A stretch of DNA of 63,218 bases, filler included. It is 5 parts of 5 records of this genome, joined end to end, with 100 filler letters (N's around TTAATTAATTAA, not from the genome) between each part and the next. Parts side by side here need not be neighbours in the genome. Positions count along the whole stretch, not along the records: positions 13,018 to 36,895 come from SRR31156797_9747; positions 36,996 to 51,889 come from SRR31156797_9749; 3 more parts are not named here. One strand, 5' to 3'. Both the position numbers and the translations under genes were made by a program. The notes beneath the pieces were generated by a model. That model was not told the DNA's origin. It did not search any database and was given only the letters and a program-made list of their open reading frames with translations. Of the stretch, positions 29,307 through 40,510 are shown one piece after another (position 1 is the stretch's first letter; each line of letters starts with the position of its first letter).

Positions 29307-31301
29307 CTACTTTGTGCGCCAGCGATTTCTTTTACCTGGCTTAATTTGCCTTTCGATGACAGCAGTCCGGCTTGGGTTCAATGGCTGTTCGCTTTCAAAT
29401 AGACGACCTTGAGCACCATCAACTCCTAGAGCCTGTAATACCTGCCATTCGTCTTGATTTTCAACACCCACAGCAATGACTTGTGTCTGTGAACCTTTAC
29501 ATACACCCAACAAACTTCTCACGATCAACTGGTTCTCATGTCGCTTATCAATCTGTTTAATTAGACTTCTATGCAATTTAAGATAGTTGACCTTTAAGTC
29601 TTTGATATAGTGCGTTGCTACGATAGTTCGTCCTGCTTGGCCGACAATGACCTGACAGCCAAGTCCTGAAATGGTTCTTAGCACCGGTCGCATATAGTCT
29701 AGATGTTGTACTAAATGTCCTTCAGAGAACTCAAACGATAGCTGACTACGTTGATTAAACGTCAATTGCATCAGTTCATTTCTAAACCAACGGAAATAAT
29801 GCTTATCAGCAAACGGAACTACGTACAGATTAACAGATAAAGGGCTAGCATTAACTGAGGATTTAATGATTTTTAACGTTCGCTTCATCACCGCCCTATC
29901 TAGCACGGCTTCATAACCCACAGTTTCAATCGCTGAAGTGAATCGGGAAGCCTTTAAAATCCCTTTCTCAGGATCATGAATTCTTGCGAACAACTCATTA
30001 TGCAGCAATTTTAAATTATTCGATTTATCGTTCAAATAGCACGGCTGTCGGAATAGGATGATATTGTCATCAGTCAGGAACCTGTCAAACAGAGTCCGCC
30101 ACCTTACACTGCCTCTGTCATCCTCCGTGGTTGCGACTTTCTCAAATCGATTCCAAGCATTAACCCCTTGTAATTGAGCGCTTTTTAGTGCTGTTTCAAC
30201 TTCATCGATAATTCTGCCACGTCGTTCACCTTCTTTATACATGCTGACACCAATATGAAACCAGTTATCTTCATTAAGCGGTGCGGGAGGGTTCAAACGT
30301 TCGATAAACTTAAGGCATTGAGAAGCGACATGCGCCACATCTTTTGAAGTTTGATGGGGCATAAACAAAGCAAAAACGGATTCATAGTAGCGCGACAAAA
30401 TGACATCCGGATAACGAGCAATAACGTTAGTAATACATTGGCCGACTTCAACAACAAAATCGTCAACGACTCTTTTATCGTTTTCTTCTCGAACGGAGTC
30501 AAAATCATCAAGCCGAAGCATCAAAACTCCGCCCTGAGCACCGCTCTCTGACAACACAGATTCTAACTTACTATCAAAAAGTACCCTATTTGCCGTACCC
30601 GTTAGTTGATCGAGGAAGGTTTGCGTACGGATAAAGGTATCAAACCGGCTTCGCTCTTGACGCGCATCTTTTAACTCTTCAATCAGCACGTCTAAAGCTT
30701 CACTTGCTGTATATGGCCACTCTCTCTCATCGCCTTTTGCATACTGCTCAACACGACCAGCAAGAATCATTCTTCCCCGTTCTTCAAGCAGTTCAGATCC
30801 CAGCAACTGCTCTCGAAGCCATTTAATGCTTCGCACTAGAGAAAAGACGATCAATAAAACCGCCAATGTAATCGACCACATAGCACCAATCGAGTAACTA
30901 AACCCTACATAAGGTGGAACCGCTTTAAAATGGATCGAATAGCCGGGTAAACGTTGAAGAGGAAAATCAGCTTGATAAAGCCGCTTAGGATCGACTTTAG
31001 ATGAGGTATCTTTGAATCGGTAGATCACGCCCGCCTGAGAGGAAAGCTCCATCTCGACAATATTACTGGCCTGCAGCATTTTAGGCATCCAACGTTGCAT
31101 TGAATACGCTGCATCAGGATCTTCCATTTCCTTATCAACCACTTCCACAATGCCATGCATGTAGTGATTGAGGTACTCTTGTCCTAAGCGCTGAAAAGAA
31201 AGTGTGCCACCCACAAACAAGATAAACATCGCACTAGTAACCATTAAAGTCACAAAAACGACTAAACGTGTACTTAGTTTAAGTGTTGGGGTATACCGCA
31301 T
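29307..31301 (-). CDS. csrD: RNase E specificity factor CsrD (MshH), degenerate GGDEF-EAL
   Basis: MRYTPTLKLSTRL start, two TMs, degenerate GGDEF (SRYYES) and EAL (ELFAR); canonical position between ssb and mshI. Confidence 0.93.
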   Translation of the reverse strand: MRYTPTLKLSTRLVVFVTLMVTSAMFILFVGGTLSFQRLGQEYLNHYMHGIVEVVDKEMEDPDAAYSMQRWMPKMLQASNIVEMELSSQAGVIYRFKDTSSKVDPKRLYQADFPLQRLPGYSIHFKAVPPYVGFSYSIGAMWSITLAVLLIVFSLVRSIKWLREQLLGSELLEERGRMILAGRVEQYAKGDEREWPYTASEALDVLIEELKDARQERSRFDTFIRTQTFLDQLTGTANRVLFDSKLESVLSESGAQGGVLMLRLDDFDSVREENDKRVVDDFVVEVGQCITNVIARYPDVILSRYYESVFALFMPHQTSKDVAHVASQCLKFIERLNPPAPLNEDNWFHIGVSMYKEGERRGRIIDEVETALKSAQLQGVNAWNRFEKVATTEDDRGSVRWRTLFDRFLTDDNIILFRQPCYLNDKSNNLKLLHNELFARIHDPEKGILKASRFTSAIETVGYEAVLDRAVMKRTLKIIKSSVNASPLSVNLYVVPFADKHYFRWFRNELMQLTFNQRSQLSFEFSEGHLVQHLDYMRPVLRTISGLGCQVIVGQAGRTIVATHYIKDLKVNYLKLHRSLIKQIDKRHENQLIVRSLLGVCKGSQTQVIAVGVENQDEWQVLQALGVDGAQGRLFESEQPLNPSRTAVIERQIKPGKRNRWRTK

Positions 31302-31380
31302 CGAAATTGAATTCCTTTTCAATTGCTTACTATAAATAAAGTCTATAGTAAAGTTTATGCAAACACTGTACTAAATATAT

Positions 31381-31410
31381 AAAAAAGCCGCGAAAATCGC
31401 GGCTTTTTTT
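31381..31410 (-). terminator. Intrinsic terminator after ssb (bidirectional form)
   Basis: AAAAAAGCCGCGA-AAA-TCGCGGCTTTTTTT. Confidence 0.85.
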
Positions 31411-31421
31411 CATTTCGTCGT

Positions 31422-31952
31422 TTAAAACGGGATGTCGTCGTCAAAATCCATCGGCGGCTCATTATATTGAGGCTGAGATTGCTGCGGTGCCTGCTGTTGA
31501 GGTGGCTGCTGTTGAGGACTTTGTCTCGCAGGTTGTTGTGGTTGTCCCCACCCACCTTGCTGTGGAGGTTGACCTTGGTTCATACCACCACCTTGTTGCT
31601 GGCGGCCGCCTAACATTTGCATTACACCATTAAAGCCCTGAACAACAACTTCTGTTGTATAACGTTCTTGACCACTTTGATCTTGCCATTTACGCGTTTG
31701 AAGTTGGCCTTCAATGTAAACTTGAGAACCTTTACGAAGGTATTCACCAGCTACTTCAGCTAGCTTGCCGAAAAGAGCAACACGGTGCCACTCTGTTTTC
31801 TCACGCTGTTCACCAGTCGCTTTGTCACGCCATGATTCCGACGTGGCTACAGTGATGTTTGCCACAGCACCGCCACTCGGCATATAACGCACTTCAGGAT
31901 CTTGCCCCAAGTTGCCGACCAAAATTACTTTATTCACGCCACGGGTTGCCAT
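31422..31952 (-). CDS. ssb: Single-stranded DNA-binding protein
   Basis: [16 protein letters not shown]...DFDDDIPF. Confidence 0.98.
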   Translation of the reverse strand: MATRGVNKVILVGNLGQDPEVRYMPSGGAVANITVATSESWRDKATGEQREKTEWHRVALFGKLAEVAGEYLRKGSQVYIEGQLQTRKWQDQSGQERYTTEVVVQGFNGVMQMLGGRQQQGGGMNQGQPPQQGGWGQPQQPARQSPQQQPPQQQAPQQSQPQYNEPPMDFDDDIPF

Positions 31953-32226
31953 GATTCGCTCCGTCTTTAAATCATCAATTCTCGATATAGTCGGTTAGGA
32001 TAACACGAGTTTAATAGACCTCAAATGCTATCCCCAATTCTTCGTTCAAACTCATGCTAAATCGCTCTTCTAAATAGTGTTTTTCGGGAGGTCTCTTCTA
32101 TTTGCAACATGATAAAACTCTCATTTACTTAATTGATTGAAATATCACGCAAAGTCAGATTCCTAACTCGCGTTAACGGTTGATTTTAGGCATGGTTGAA
32201 TTCTAACCATTGGGTGATAAGGAAAT

Positions 32227-32877
32227 GTGATGACAAAACACAACTACGCGAGAACGATTTATCTGCTTAGCATGAACACCGAGCAGGTCCCGCCTTTATT
32301 ACAACAAGCTTTAACCCTATTAGCACTCCCTGTTCCTCACATACATCCAGAAGACTTACTGCAAAACTACCAAACAGATAAGCACAAAATTCTGCTTATC
32401 GATTATCAAGAACATCAGCAGGTTCGCCAAAGCTTAGGGGCGCTAAAAATCACCAGTCCGCATTTTGAAACGATTCTATTTAACGTCGATAAACGACTGC
32501 ATACAGAAGAATTGCTGACATTCGGTAATTTAAAAGGTTTGTTTTATCAGACCGAGACGCCGGAGAGCATCTGTGAAGGGTTAGGTGAAATTATTAATGG
32601 TCAGAACTGGCTACCAAGACATGCATCAAGCCAACTACTGCATTACTATCGTTACCATTTTCAAGCGCACCATGCTCAAGCGTCGGTAGATCTCACTGCG
32701 CGCGAAATCCAAATTTTGCGTTGTTTGCAGACAGGGGCTTCCAACATGCAGATGGCAGAGAGTCTTTTCATCAGTGAATTCACCGTAAAATCACACCTTT
32801 ATCAGATCTTTAAGAAGCTTTCGGTAAAAAATCGAGTACAAGCGATTTCTTGGGCAAACCAAAATCTGCTGGCATAA
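32227..32877 (+). CDS. qstR: LuxR/CsgD-type regulator QstR (competence/T6SS regulator in Vibrio)
   Basis: REC-like N-terminus, WLPR motif and LuxR HTH (LTARE...TVKSHLYQIFKKL). The position between ssb and galU is the conserved qstR locus. Confidence 0.82.
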   Translation: MMTKHNYARTIYLLSMNTEQVPPLLQQALTLLALPVPHIHPEDLLQNYQTDKHKILLIDYQEHQQVRQSLGALKITSPHFETILFNVDKRLHTEELLTFGNLKGLFYQTETPESICEGLGEIINGQNWLPRHASSQLLHYYRYHFQAHHAQASVDLTAREIQILRCLQTGASNMQMAESLFISEFTVKSHLYQIFKKLSVKNRVQAISWANQNLLA

Positions 32878-33006
32878 CTGCGTTTTTCAGCACATTTTCC
32901 AAATGTTGACACAAAATGTGCTGAATCTCACGGATGTAACATGCTAAAGTTTATAGCAAAGTTCAGTTGGACTCAGACAAACAAAATAAACTAACAGGTT
33001 TAAACA

Positions 33007-33876
33007 ATGATCAAAAAATGCCTTTTCCCTGCAGCTGGTTACGGTACTCGCTTTTTGCCTGCAACGAAATCTATGCCAAAAGAAATGATGCCCGTTGTCA
33101 ACAAGCCCCTTATTGAATATGGCGTAGAAGAAGCTATCCAAGCCGGTATGAATGGTATGTGTATAGTAACGGGTCGAGGTAAGCACTCGATCATGGATCA
33201 CTTTGATATGAACTTCGAACTGGAACACCAGATTCAGGGAACCAACAAAGAAGATCTTCTGATTGATATTCGCAACGTCATTGAAACCGCAAATTTCACT
33301 TACATTCGTCAACGCGAAATGAAAGGCTTGGGCCATGCGATCTTAACCGGCAGAGAGCTAGTTGGTGATGAACCATTTGCAGTGGTACTGGCTGATGACT
33401 TGTGTGTTAACGAAGACCAAGGCGTACTAGCGCAAATGGTCGCTTTGTATAAACAGTTCCGTTGCTCTATCGTTGCGGTTCAGGAAGTGCCAGAAGACGA
33501 GACTCATAAATACGGTGTAATTTCTGGAGAGATGATCAAAGATGACCTTTTCCGTGTTGATGACATGGTAGAAAAACCAGAGGCGGGTACCGCGCCGAGT
33601 AATCTTGCTATCATTGGTCGCTACATTCTAACACCGGATATTTTTGAACTGATTGAGCAAACGGAACCAGGTAAAGGCGGCGAAATTCAAATTACCGACG
33701 CGCTATTAAAACAAGCAAAAGCAGGTTGTGTTTTAGCGTATAAATTCAAAGGTAAACGTTTTGACTGTGGTAGTGTCGAAGGTTATATCGAAGCGACAAA
33801 CTACTGTTATGAAAACCTATATCAGAAAAACGAACAACAAGTATCGCTAGCTAAACAATCCACTCTAAAGAGTTAA
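33007..33876 (+). CDS. galU: UTP-glucose-1-phosphate uridylyltransferase
   Basis: PAAGYGTRFLPATKSMPKEM, GLGHA, EKP and GEIQITDA. Confidence 0.97.
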   Translation: MIKKCLFPAAGYGTRFLPATKSMPKEMMPVVNKPLIEYGVEEAIQAGMNGMCIVTGRGKHSIMDHFDMNFELEHQIQGTNKEDLLIDIRNVIETANFTYIRQREMKGLGHAILTGRELVGDEPFAVVLADDLCVNEDQGVLAQMVALYKQFRCSIVAVQEVPEDETHKYGVISGEMIKDDLFRVDDMVEKPEAGTAPSNLAIIGRYILTPDIFELIEQTEPGKGGEIQITDALLKQAKAGCVLAYKFKGKRFDCGSVEGYIEATNYCYENLYQKNEQQVSLAKQSTLKS

Positions 33877-33895
33877 TTTCAAACGTGATTGAATT

Positions 33896-33924
33896 AAAGA
33901 GCCGCCACTGAAGCGGCTCTTTTT
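33896..33924 (+). terminator. Intrinsic terminator after galU
   Basis: AAAGAGCCGC-CACTGAA-GCGGCTCTTTTT. Confidence 0.85.
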
Positions 33925-33937
33925 ACTTTCCATTTAA

Positions 33938-33953
33938 CTGTTTTTTTATCCAG
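33938..33953. promoter_or_regulatory. LexA (SOS) box upstream of uvrA
   Basis: CTGTTTTTTTATCCAG fits CTG-N10-CAG and lies 75 nt upstream of uvrA. Confidence 0.8.
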
Positions 33954-34027
33954 TATTTCTTTGCACATTTCTCACACTATGTAATACTTGCTCGATTCGG
34001 TAATAGAACCTAGATAGAGCTAATCAA

Positions 34028-36850
34028 ATGGATAAAATCGAAGTACGTGGTGCTCGTACCCACAACCTGAAAAACATAAATCTAACGATTCCTCGAGATA
34101 AACTCATTGTCATTACTGGCCTCTCAGGCTCAGGAAAATCTTCTTTAGCATTTGATACTTTATACGCCGAAGGTCAGCGTCGTTACGTTGAATCTTTGTC
34201 GGCTTATGCTCGTCAATTTCTATCGTTAATGGAAAAACCGGATGTGGATCATATCGAAGGTCTTTCTCCGGCTATTTCTATCGAACAAAAATCCACGTCG
34301 CACAACCCTCGCTCAACAGTGGGGACCATTACAGAGGTCTACGACTACCTAAGACTGCTGTTTGCTCGCGTCGGTGAACCACGTTGTCCAGAACACAAAA
34401 CGCCTCTCGCAGCACAAACTATCAGCCAAATGGTAGACAAAGTTTTAGAACTTCCTGAAGGTTCAAAACTGATGTTACTGGCTCCCATTGTGAAAGAACG
34501 TAAAGGGGAACATGTCAAAACATTAGAGAACTTGTCCGCTCAAGGTTTCATTCGTGCCCGTATCGATGGTGATATTTGTGATTTATCCGATCCACCAGCA
34601 CTAGAACTGCATAAAAAACATACTATTGAAGTAGTTGTCGACCGATTCAAAGTCCGTGACGACCTTCAACAGCGTCTGGCCGAATCATTTGAAACCGCGC
34701 TCGAACTCTCTGGCGGTAACGTCGTCGTAGCACCAATGGATGGTGAGGGTGAAGAGCATGTCTTCTCAGCTAACTTTGCCTGCCCTCATTGTGGTTATAG
34801 CATGCGAGAGCTTGAGCCTCGATTATTCTCATTCAACAACCCCGCAGGGGCTTGCCAAACGTGTGACGGCCTCGGTGTGCAACAGTATTTCGACCAAAGC
34901 CGTGTTGTTCAGGATGAAAAGCTCAGCCTAGCTGAAGGGGCTATTCGCGGTTGGGATCAAAAGAACTACTACTATTTTCAGATGCTCACTTCTTTAGCGA
35001 AGCATTATGACTTTGATTTACACAAGCCTTTCAACAAATTAGGCAAAAAGATCCAAGAGATAATTCTTCATGGCTCAGGTCGTAATGAGATCGAATTTAA
35101 CTATATTAACGACCGCGGTGATATTCGCGTTAAACGCCATCCGTTCGAAGGAATTTTAAATAACCTAGAACGTCGTTACCGCGATACCGAATCAAACTCT
35201 GTTCGTGAAGAGCTGGTCAAATACATCTCAACCAAGCCTTGTAGTCACTGTGAGGGGACTCGTTTACGTCTTGAAGCGCGTAATGTATTCATTAATGACA
35301 CACCACTTCCTCAGGTGGTTGAACTCAGTATTGCTGACGCCCTTGATTTCTTCCAATCGCTAAAACTGGAAGGACAGAGAGCTCAGATCGCCGAAAAGAT
35401 CATGAAAGAAGTGAATGACCGACTGCAGTTTTTGGTCAATGTTGGTCTCAACTATCTTAATTTATCACGCAGTGCAGAAACGCTCTCTGGCGGAGAAGCA
35501 CAACGTATTCGTTTGGCGAGTCAAATAGGTGCAGGCTTAGTTGGTGTCATGTATGTGCTTGATGAACCTTCGATTGGTCTTCACCAACGTGATAATGAGC
35601 GCTTGTTAAAGACCCTTGAGCACTTGCGTGATTTAGGCAATACCGTTCTGGTGGTGGAACACGATGAAGACGCAATTCGTATGGCGGATCACGTGATTGA
35701 TATTGGTCCTGGCGCTGGTGTTCACGGCGGCACAGTCGTAGCGGAAGGCAACATCAATGATATTCTCGACAATCCGAACTCATTGACTGGTCAATATTTG
35801 AGTGGGGCAAAAGAAATTGCCGTACCTAAACAAAGAACACCAAGAGACGCGAAGAAAACGGTAGAACTTATCGGAGCAACTGGTAATAACCTGAAAAACG
35901 TCAACCTATCGATTCCAGTCGGACTACTCAGCTGTATTACCGGTGTATCAGGCTCAGGCAAATCAACATTAATCAACGATACGTTCTTCAATATTGCTCA
36001 CATCGCACTAAATGGGGCAACAACATCAACTCCAGCGCCATACAAGTCTATTAAAGGCTTAGAGCATTTTGATAAAGTGATCGATATCGATCAAAGCCCT
36101 ATTGGCAGAACACCTCGCTCTAACCCAGCGACTTACACTGGGATCTTTACTCCTATTCGAGAACTGTTTGCGGGCACTCAAGAGTCACGCTCACGTGGTT
36201 ACAAACCTGGAAGATTTAGTTTTAACGTCCGTGGTGGCCGCTGTGAAGCTTGCCAAGGTGATGGTGTCATCAAAGTAGAAATGCATTTCTTACCTGATGT
36301 CTATGTGCCTTGTGATGTGTGTAAGGGTAAGCGCTATAACCGTGAGACGTTAGAAGTTCGCTACAAAGGTAAAACCATTGACGAAGTTCTGGAAATGACG
36401 GTGGAAGATGCACACCAATTTTTCGAACCTGTGCCTGTAATTGCTCGTAAATTGCAAACATTGATGGACGTCGGTTTATCTTATATTCGACTTGGCCAAG
36501 CCGCCACGACCCTATCCGGTGGTGAAGCTCAACGGGTTAAGCTCTCCCGCGAACTTTCAAAACGAGATACAGGGAAAACACTGTATATTCTGGATGAGCC
36601 AACAACAGGTCTTCACTTCCATGATATTCAGCAATTGCTCAATGTCCTTCATCGTCTGCGTGATCATGGCAATACCGTTGTGGTTATCGAGCACAATCTT
36701 GATGTGATCAAAACCGCTGACTGGATTGTCGATTTAGGCCCTGAAGGTGGCCAGGGCGGTGGTGAAATTATTGCCGAAGGAACACCGGAAGAAGTAGCAA
36801 AAAGCAAACTTTCACACACAGCCCGATTCTTAAAACCTATACTCAAGTGA
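34028..36850 (+). CDS. uvrA: Excinuclease ABC subunit UvrA
   Basis: Two ABC ATPase modules ([24 protein letters not shown] x2) and zinc fingers. Confidence 0.99.
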   Translation: MDKIEVRGARTHNLKNINLTIPRDKLIVITGLSGSGKSSLAFDTLYAEGQRRYVESLSAYARQFLSLMEKPDVDHIEGLSPAISIEQKSTSHNPRSTVGTITEVYDYLRLLFARVGEPRCPEHKTPLAAQTISQMVDKVLELPEGSKLMLLAPIVKERKGEHVKTLENLSAQGFIRARIDGDICDLSDPPALELHKKHTIEVVVDRFKVRDDLQQRLAESFETALELSGGNVVVAPMDGEGEEHVFSANFACPHCGYSMRELEPRLFSFNNPAGACQTCDGLGVQQYFDQSRVVQDEKLSLAEGAIRGWDQKNYYYFQMLTSLAKHYDFDLHKPFNKLGKKIQEIILHGSGRNEIEFNYINDRGDIRVKRHPFEGILNNLERRYRDTESNSVREELVKYISTKPCSHCEGTRLRLEARNVFINDTPLPQVVELSIADALDFFQSLKLEGQRAQIAEKIMKEVNDRLQFLVNVGLNYLNLSRSAETLSGGEAQRIRLASQIGAGLVGVMYVLDEPSIGLHQRDNERLLKTLEHLRDLGNTVLVVEHDEDAIRMADHVIDIGPGAGVHGGTVVAEGNINDILDNPNSLTGQYLSGAKEIAVPKQRTPRDAKKTVELIGATGNNLKNVNLSIPVGLLSCITGVSGSGKSTLINDTFFNIAHIALNGATTSTPAPYKSIKGLEHFDKVIDIDQSPIGRTPRSNPATYTGIFTPIRELFAGTQESRSRGYKPGRFSFNVRGGRCEACQGDGVIKVEMHFLPDVYVPCDVCKGKRYNRETLEVRYKGKTIDEVLEMTVEDAHQFFEPVPVIARKLQTLMDVGLSYIRLGQAATTLSGGEAQRVKLSRELSKRDTGKTLYILDEPTTGLHFHDIQQLLNVLHRLRDHGNTVVVIEHNLDVIKTADWIVDLGPEGGQGGGEIIAEGTPEEVAKSKLSHTARFLKPILK

Positions 36851-36895
36851 CCTCAAGGTGCAGGGTTCAGAGCTTCATCAACGAGTTCAGGTCAA
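36838..36895. repeat. End of a Vibrio interspersed MITE-like repeat, truncated by the contig end
   Basis: TATACTCAAGTGACCTCAAGGTGCAGGGTTCAGAGC resembles, from memory, the TATACCCAAGTGACCTCAAGATGC terminus of multicopy Vibrionaceae intergenic repeats. The assembly breaks inside it. Confidence 0.6.
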
Positions 36896-36995
36896 NNNNN
36901 NNNNNNNNNNNNNNNNNNNNNNNNNNNNNNNNNNNNNNNTTAATTAATTAANNNNNNNNNNNNNNNNNNNNNNNNNNNNNNNNNNNNNNNNNNNN
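36896..36995. other. Artificial contig spacer
   Basis: 44 N + TTAATTAATTAA + 44 N. Confidence 0.98.
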
Positions 36996-36996
36996 A

Positions 36997-38307
36997 AATG
37001 CGGGTGATTTTGAGACGGTGCTGTGCCACAGAGACCGGAACAAACAATGGCCCGTGGTTATTGGAAGCGGCTTTGTTCATTTCGACGGAAATGGCCGACC
37101 CAAGCACTTTGAGTTTGTGTTCACGGATATTTCAAAACGCAAGAATCTGGAAGCCCAACTCATCCAGGTTCAGAAATTTGAAGCCATCGGTACGCTGGCA
37201 GGGGGCGTTGCCCACGATTTTAACAATCTGCTCATGGGCATTCAGGGCCGCACCTCACTGATTGCCATGGATCTGTCCCCTTCCCATCCCTACCTGGAAC
37301 ACACCGATGCCATTGAGACGCACATCCGAAGCGCAAAAATGCTTACGGATCAGCTATTGGGCCTTACCATGGGCGGCAAATACCAGGTAAGTCCCATGGA
37401 CATGAATGAATTGGTGCGCAAAATCGCGACCCTTTTCGGGAGAACCAAAAAAGACCTTCGGATTCACATGGATTTGGGCAAAGGGGACTTGGTGGTGGAG
37501 GCCGATCCCAGTCAGATGGAACAGGTGCTGCTGAATTTGTTGATCAACGCGTGGCAGGCCATGCCCGATGGTGGCGATATTTTTTTGGAAACCGGGAAAA
37601 CCGTCCCCCATGAGGTGTTATTTCATCTGCGCCGGGCTGAACCGGGAAGTTATGTAAGGATCAGGGTGAGGGATACGGGCATCGGCATGAACAGGGATAC
37701 CCGAAAACGGATTTTCGATCCCTTTTTCACGACCAAGGAAAAAAGCCGGGGAACCGGTTTGGGGCTTGCTTCCGCCTATGGCATCATCAAAAATCACGGC
37801 GGCGTGATTGCGGTGGAAAGTGAACCCGGTCGTGGGAGCACTTTCAATATTTTCCTGCCGGCATCCCAAAAGGAAGTGGCTTTGACGGTTTTAAGGGATG
37901 CAAAGCCCAACCGGGGTTCGGAGCGGGTTCTGCTGGTTGACGACGAAGACATCGTCATCGATGTGGCCCGGGCCATGCTGGAAAGACTGGGATATGACGT
38001 TATTGTGGCAAAAGGGGGAAGGGAGGCAGTTGAAACGGTCAAAAAAGCGGTAAACGAAATCGATCTGGTGATTTTGGACATGATCATGCCGGGTATGGAC
38101 GGCGGTAAGGCTTTCGGGCATATCCGCAAAATCGCGCCCGGAATGCGGGTGATGCTTTCCAGCGGCCATGCCTTAAGCGAACAAGCGAACAGGATTATGC
38201 GCAGTTCCCGTTGCGGGATTATTCAAAAGCCGTTTACCATCGAGGAACTTTCGGAAAAGGTGCGCGAAATGCTGGATGTGCCCATTTCAAAAGAAACAAA
38301 TGTCTAG
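36997..38307 (+). CDS. Hybrid PAS histidine kinase/response regulator (CckA-like), 5'-truncated
   Basis: Frame open from the contig start. PAS end (TDISKRK), H-box AHDFNNLL, N box, G boxes (DTGIG, PFFTTK, GTGLGL) and REC (LLVDD, DMIMP, KP). Confidence 0.92.
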   Translation, partial: NAGDFETVLCHRDRNKQWPVVIGSGFVHFDGNGRPKHFEFVFTDISKRKNLEAQLIQVQKFEAIGTLAGGVAHDFNNLLMGIQGRTSLIAMDLSPSHPYLEHTDAIETHIRSAKMLTDQLLGLTMGGKYQVSPMDMNELVRKIATLFGRTKKDLRIHMDLGKGDLVVEADPSQMEQVLLNLLINAWQAMPDGGDIFLETGKTVPHEVLFHLRRAEPGSYVRIRVRDTGIGMNRDTRKRIFDPFFTTKEKSRGTGLGLASAYGIIKNHGGVIAVESEPGRGSTFNIFLPASQKEVALTVLRDAKPNRGSERVLLVDDEDIVIDVARAMLERLGYDVIVAKGGREAVETVKKAVNEIDLVILDMIMPGMDGGKAFGHIRKIAPGMRVMLSSGHALSEQANRIMRSSRCGIIQKPFTIEELSEKVREMLDVPISKETNV

Positions 38308-38689
38308 CGCAAGGAATGAAATCATAAGAAAAAATCGGTTGATGGATATGCTCGCCGATGTGGATACCAAAATCAAGACCCTGGTGCTTTTCTTTGTCTT
38401 GTCGATACTGTCTGCCGGCGTGAACTTGGTGCTTTTGTACCATTATCCTTCGAAACAAATCATCCCCTTCGCCGCCCTTTTACTGGTATTCATGATCGTG
38501 ATTCAGTTCCCTCTCTGCGGTTGGCTCAGCTTCAGCGGTCCGCTGTCTCAGGTGATTCTGGAAGGCATCGGGGAGACAATGTACAAAAAGATCCTTGAAA
38601 AGCAAGTCAAGTCCAGCTGCAACAGTGGGAGGGTATATTTTCCATCCGGGTGGGTTGGATGTAGGGTAAAGATCGTCAGAATTGATTGA
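38300..38689 (+). CDS. Hypothetical 2-TM membrane protein, possibly a truncated sensor remnant
   Basis: ATG overlaps the kinase stop. Two hydrophobic segments are followed by a HAMP-start-like GPLSQV, then sequence with no recognisable motif. Confidence 0.4.
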   Translation: MSSARNEIIRKNRLMDMLADVDTKIKTLVLFFVLSILSAGVNLVLLYHYPSKQIIPFAALLLVFMIVIQFPLCGWLSFSGPLSQVILEGIGETMYKKILEKQVKSSCNSGRVYFPSGWVGCRVKIVRID

Positions 38690-38754
38690 CGGAATTCCCG
38701 AATCATGGGAGTGAGAGAAGAGGTTTTCTAGCCTTTTCGCCCTTGGGGGTCAAG

Positions 38755-39492
38755 ATGATGAAAAGCAAGAAAGAATACGAATATTGGAGCAAAAAGGCAC
38801 ATGATTTTGATGCTGCCACATCTCATGTGGTTGGAAAGAAAACGCAGCGGGCAACAAAACGATGGATCGGAAACCAGTTCAAAGCCAAGGATGAGGTGTT
38901 GGAATTGGGTTGCGGAACCGGCCATTTTTCGTTGGTCATTGCAGGCAAAGTCAGACATCTGACGGCCACGGATCGGTCTCTTGAAATGCTTGGGCTTGTC
39001 AAACGGAGACTGGACCCGTTGCGAAATGCGACGGTGAAGATGGAGAACTGTTATCACACCTCGTTTTCGGACGGCGTTTTCGATGTCGTTTTTTTGGGGA
39101 ATGTCATCCATATTCTCGGCCGTCCGATGGACGTTCTGAATGAAAGTTGCAGGGTCACCAAGCCTGGGGGAAGTATTGTGCTGGTGGATTCCACATCCCA
39201 TGGCATGGCTTTCCGGTCAAAGCTTGCCATGGGCATCCGTTATCTGAAGAAATTCGGAATACCGCCCAGGGAGAATCGGATCGTCAGCCCGCCGGAAATT
39301 GCCGGGTTGATGGAAAGGGCCGGATTCCTGGTGGAGGAATCAAAGCTCATTCGCAAGGAAACAAACGTTGTGTGTCTGAAAGGAAGGAGAGAAAACCATG
39401 AACAGACTGCCGGCAACAAGCATGGATTACAGCGGGCTTTACCAAATTCTCGCCGGATCCATAAAGGCAAAACTGATGATGACGGGGATTGA
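38755..39492 (+). CDS. Class I SAM-dependent methyltransferase (UbiE/Methyltransf_11-like)
   Basis: VLELGCGTG motif I, FDVV and RVTKPGG. Start set at ATG 38755. Confidence 0.88.
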   Translation: MMKSKKEYEYWSKKAHDFDAATSHVVGKKTQRATKRWIGNQFKAKDEVLELGCGTGHFSLVIAGKVRHLTATDRSLEMLGLVKRRLDPLRNATVKMENCYHTSFSDGVFDVVFLGNVIHILGRPMDVLNESCRVTKPGGSIVLVDSTSHGMAFRSKLAMGIRYLKKFGIPPRENRIVSPPEIAGLMERAGFLVEESKLIRKETNVVCLKGRRENHEQTAGNKHGLQRALPNSRRIHKGKTDDDGD

Positions 39493-40420
39493 ACTTAAGA
39501 TCTTTAACCTGCTGAAAGGGTTTCGTTCCGCCGGGGACGCAGCTCGGGAGATGGGAACCGATCCCGGAAATACGGAGCGTCTTTTGGATGCGCTGACCAC
39601 CAGTGACCTGGTTGAGAAGAAAAGCGGTCTTTATCGCAACCTTCCGGTCTCACAATCTTTTCTTACGGAAGATTCTCCCACCTACATCGGCGCCCTATTT
39701 CAAATGGTTGAAAACAGGAGCATTGAGCCGCTAAAAGATCTGACCAAACGCATCAGGAAGGGGCCGATTGGGGAAAGCTCCGAAAAAGATTTCGCTTCCC
39801 AGGAACTCTGGGCCGAACTCACCCGGACCAGCTCTGCCTGGCCCATGGGCGCGGTTGGTCTGAAGGTGGCGGAAATCCTTGAGGAACTGCCCGGTTTTGC
39901 GGGATTTGAGAAAATGCTGGATCTGGGGGGCGGCCACGGTATTTTCGCGCTCTATATCGTGAACCAACACCCCACCATGAAGGGAACTGTCTTTGACCGC
40001 CCCCCGGTGGTGGCGGTGGCCCGATCCTTCATTGAAAAGTACGGTATGGAAGACCGGGTGGATGTTGCAGCCGGAGATTACATGGCCGACGACATCGGGT
40101 CGGATCATGATCTCATATGGGCGAGCGCTACGCTCAATTTTGCCAAATGGGACCTGGATGTTTTAATCCGGAAAATTTATCAGGCTGTCAAGCCCGGGGG
40201 ATACTTTGTCAGTTTTCAGGACGGCATGACCCATGAACATACCAAGCCCGACACCATGCTGGGGCACCTGTCCGACCAGTTCAAAACAGGGGTCGATTTT
40301 TCCCTGGACCAGGGCGCGGTGGCGGAATCAACCCTTCGATGCGGCTTTCGGTGGGTGCGTTCACGCACCTTGGAAACGCCCATGGGGCCCATGGATATGG
40401 ATATTGCGCGAAAGCTGTAA
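39398..40420 (+). CDS. SAM-dependent O-methyltransferase (dimerisation domain + Methyltransf_2)
   Basis: N-terminal winged helix (GIELKIF...LLDAL), LDLGGGHG, GDY and KPGG. Confidence 0.9.
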   Translation: MNRLPATSMDYSGLYQILAGSIKAKLMMTGIELKIFNLLKGFRSAGDAAREMGTDPGNTERLLDALTTSDLVEKKSGLYRNLPVSQSFLTEDSPTYIGALFQMVENRSIEPLKDLTKRIRKGPIGESSEKDFASQELWAELTRTSSAWPMGAVGLKVAEILEELPGFAGFEKMLDLGGGHGIFALYIVNQHPTMKGTVFDRPPVVAVARSFIEKYGMEDRVDVAAGDYMADDIGSDHDLIWASATLNFAKWDLDVLIRKIYQAVKPGGYFVSFQDGMTHEHTKPDTMLGHLSDQFKTGVDFSLDQGAVAESTLRCGFRWVRSRTLETPMGPMDMDIARKL

Positions 40421-40510
40421 AGTTGAAGCAGCTTAGCCTTGAAGCCTCCGGTCTTTTCCAGAATGCGGACCCGGTGGCGAATAACCTGAAAAATACTTAT
40501 TTAGAAGTCT

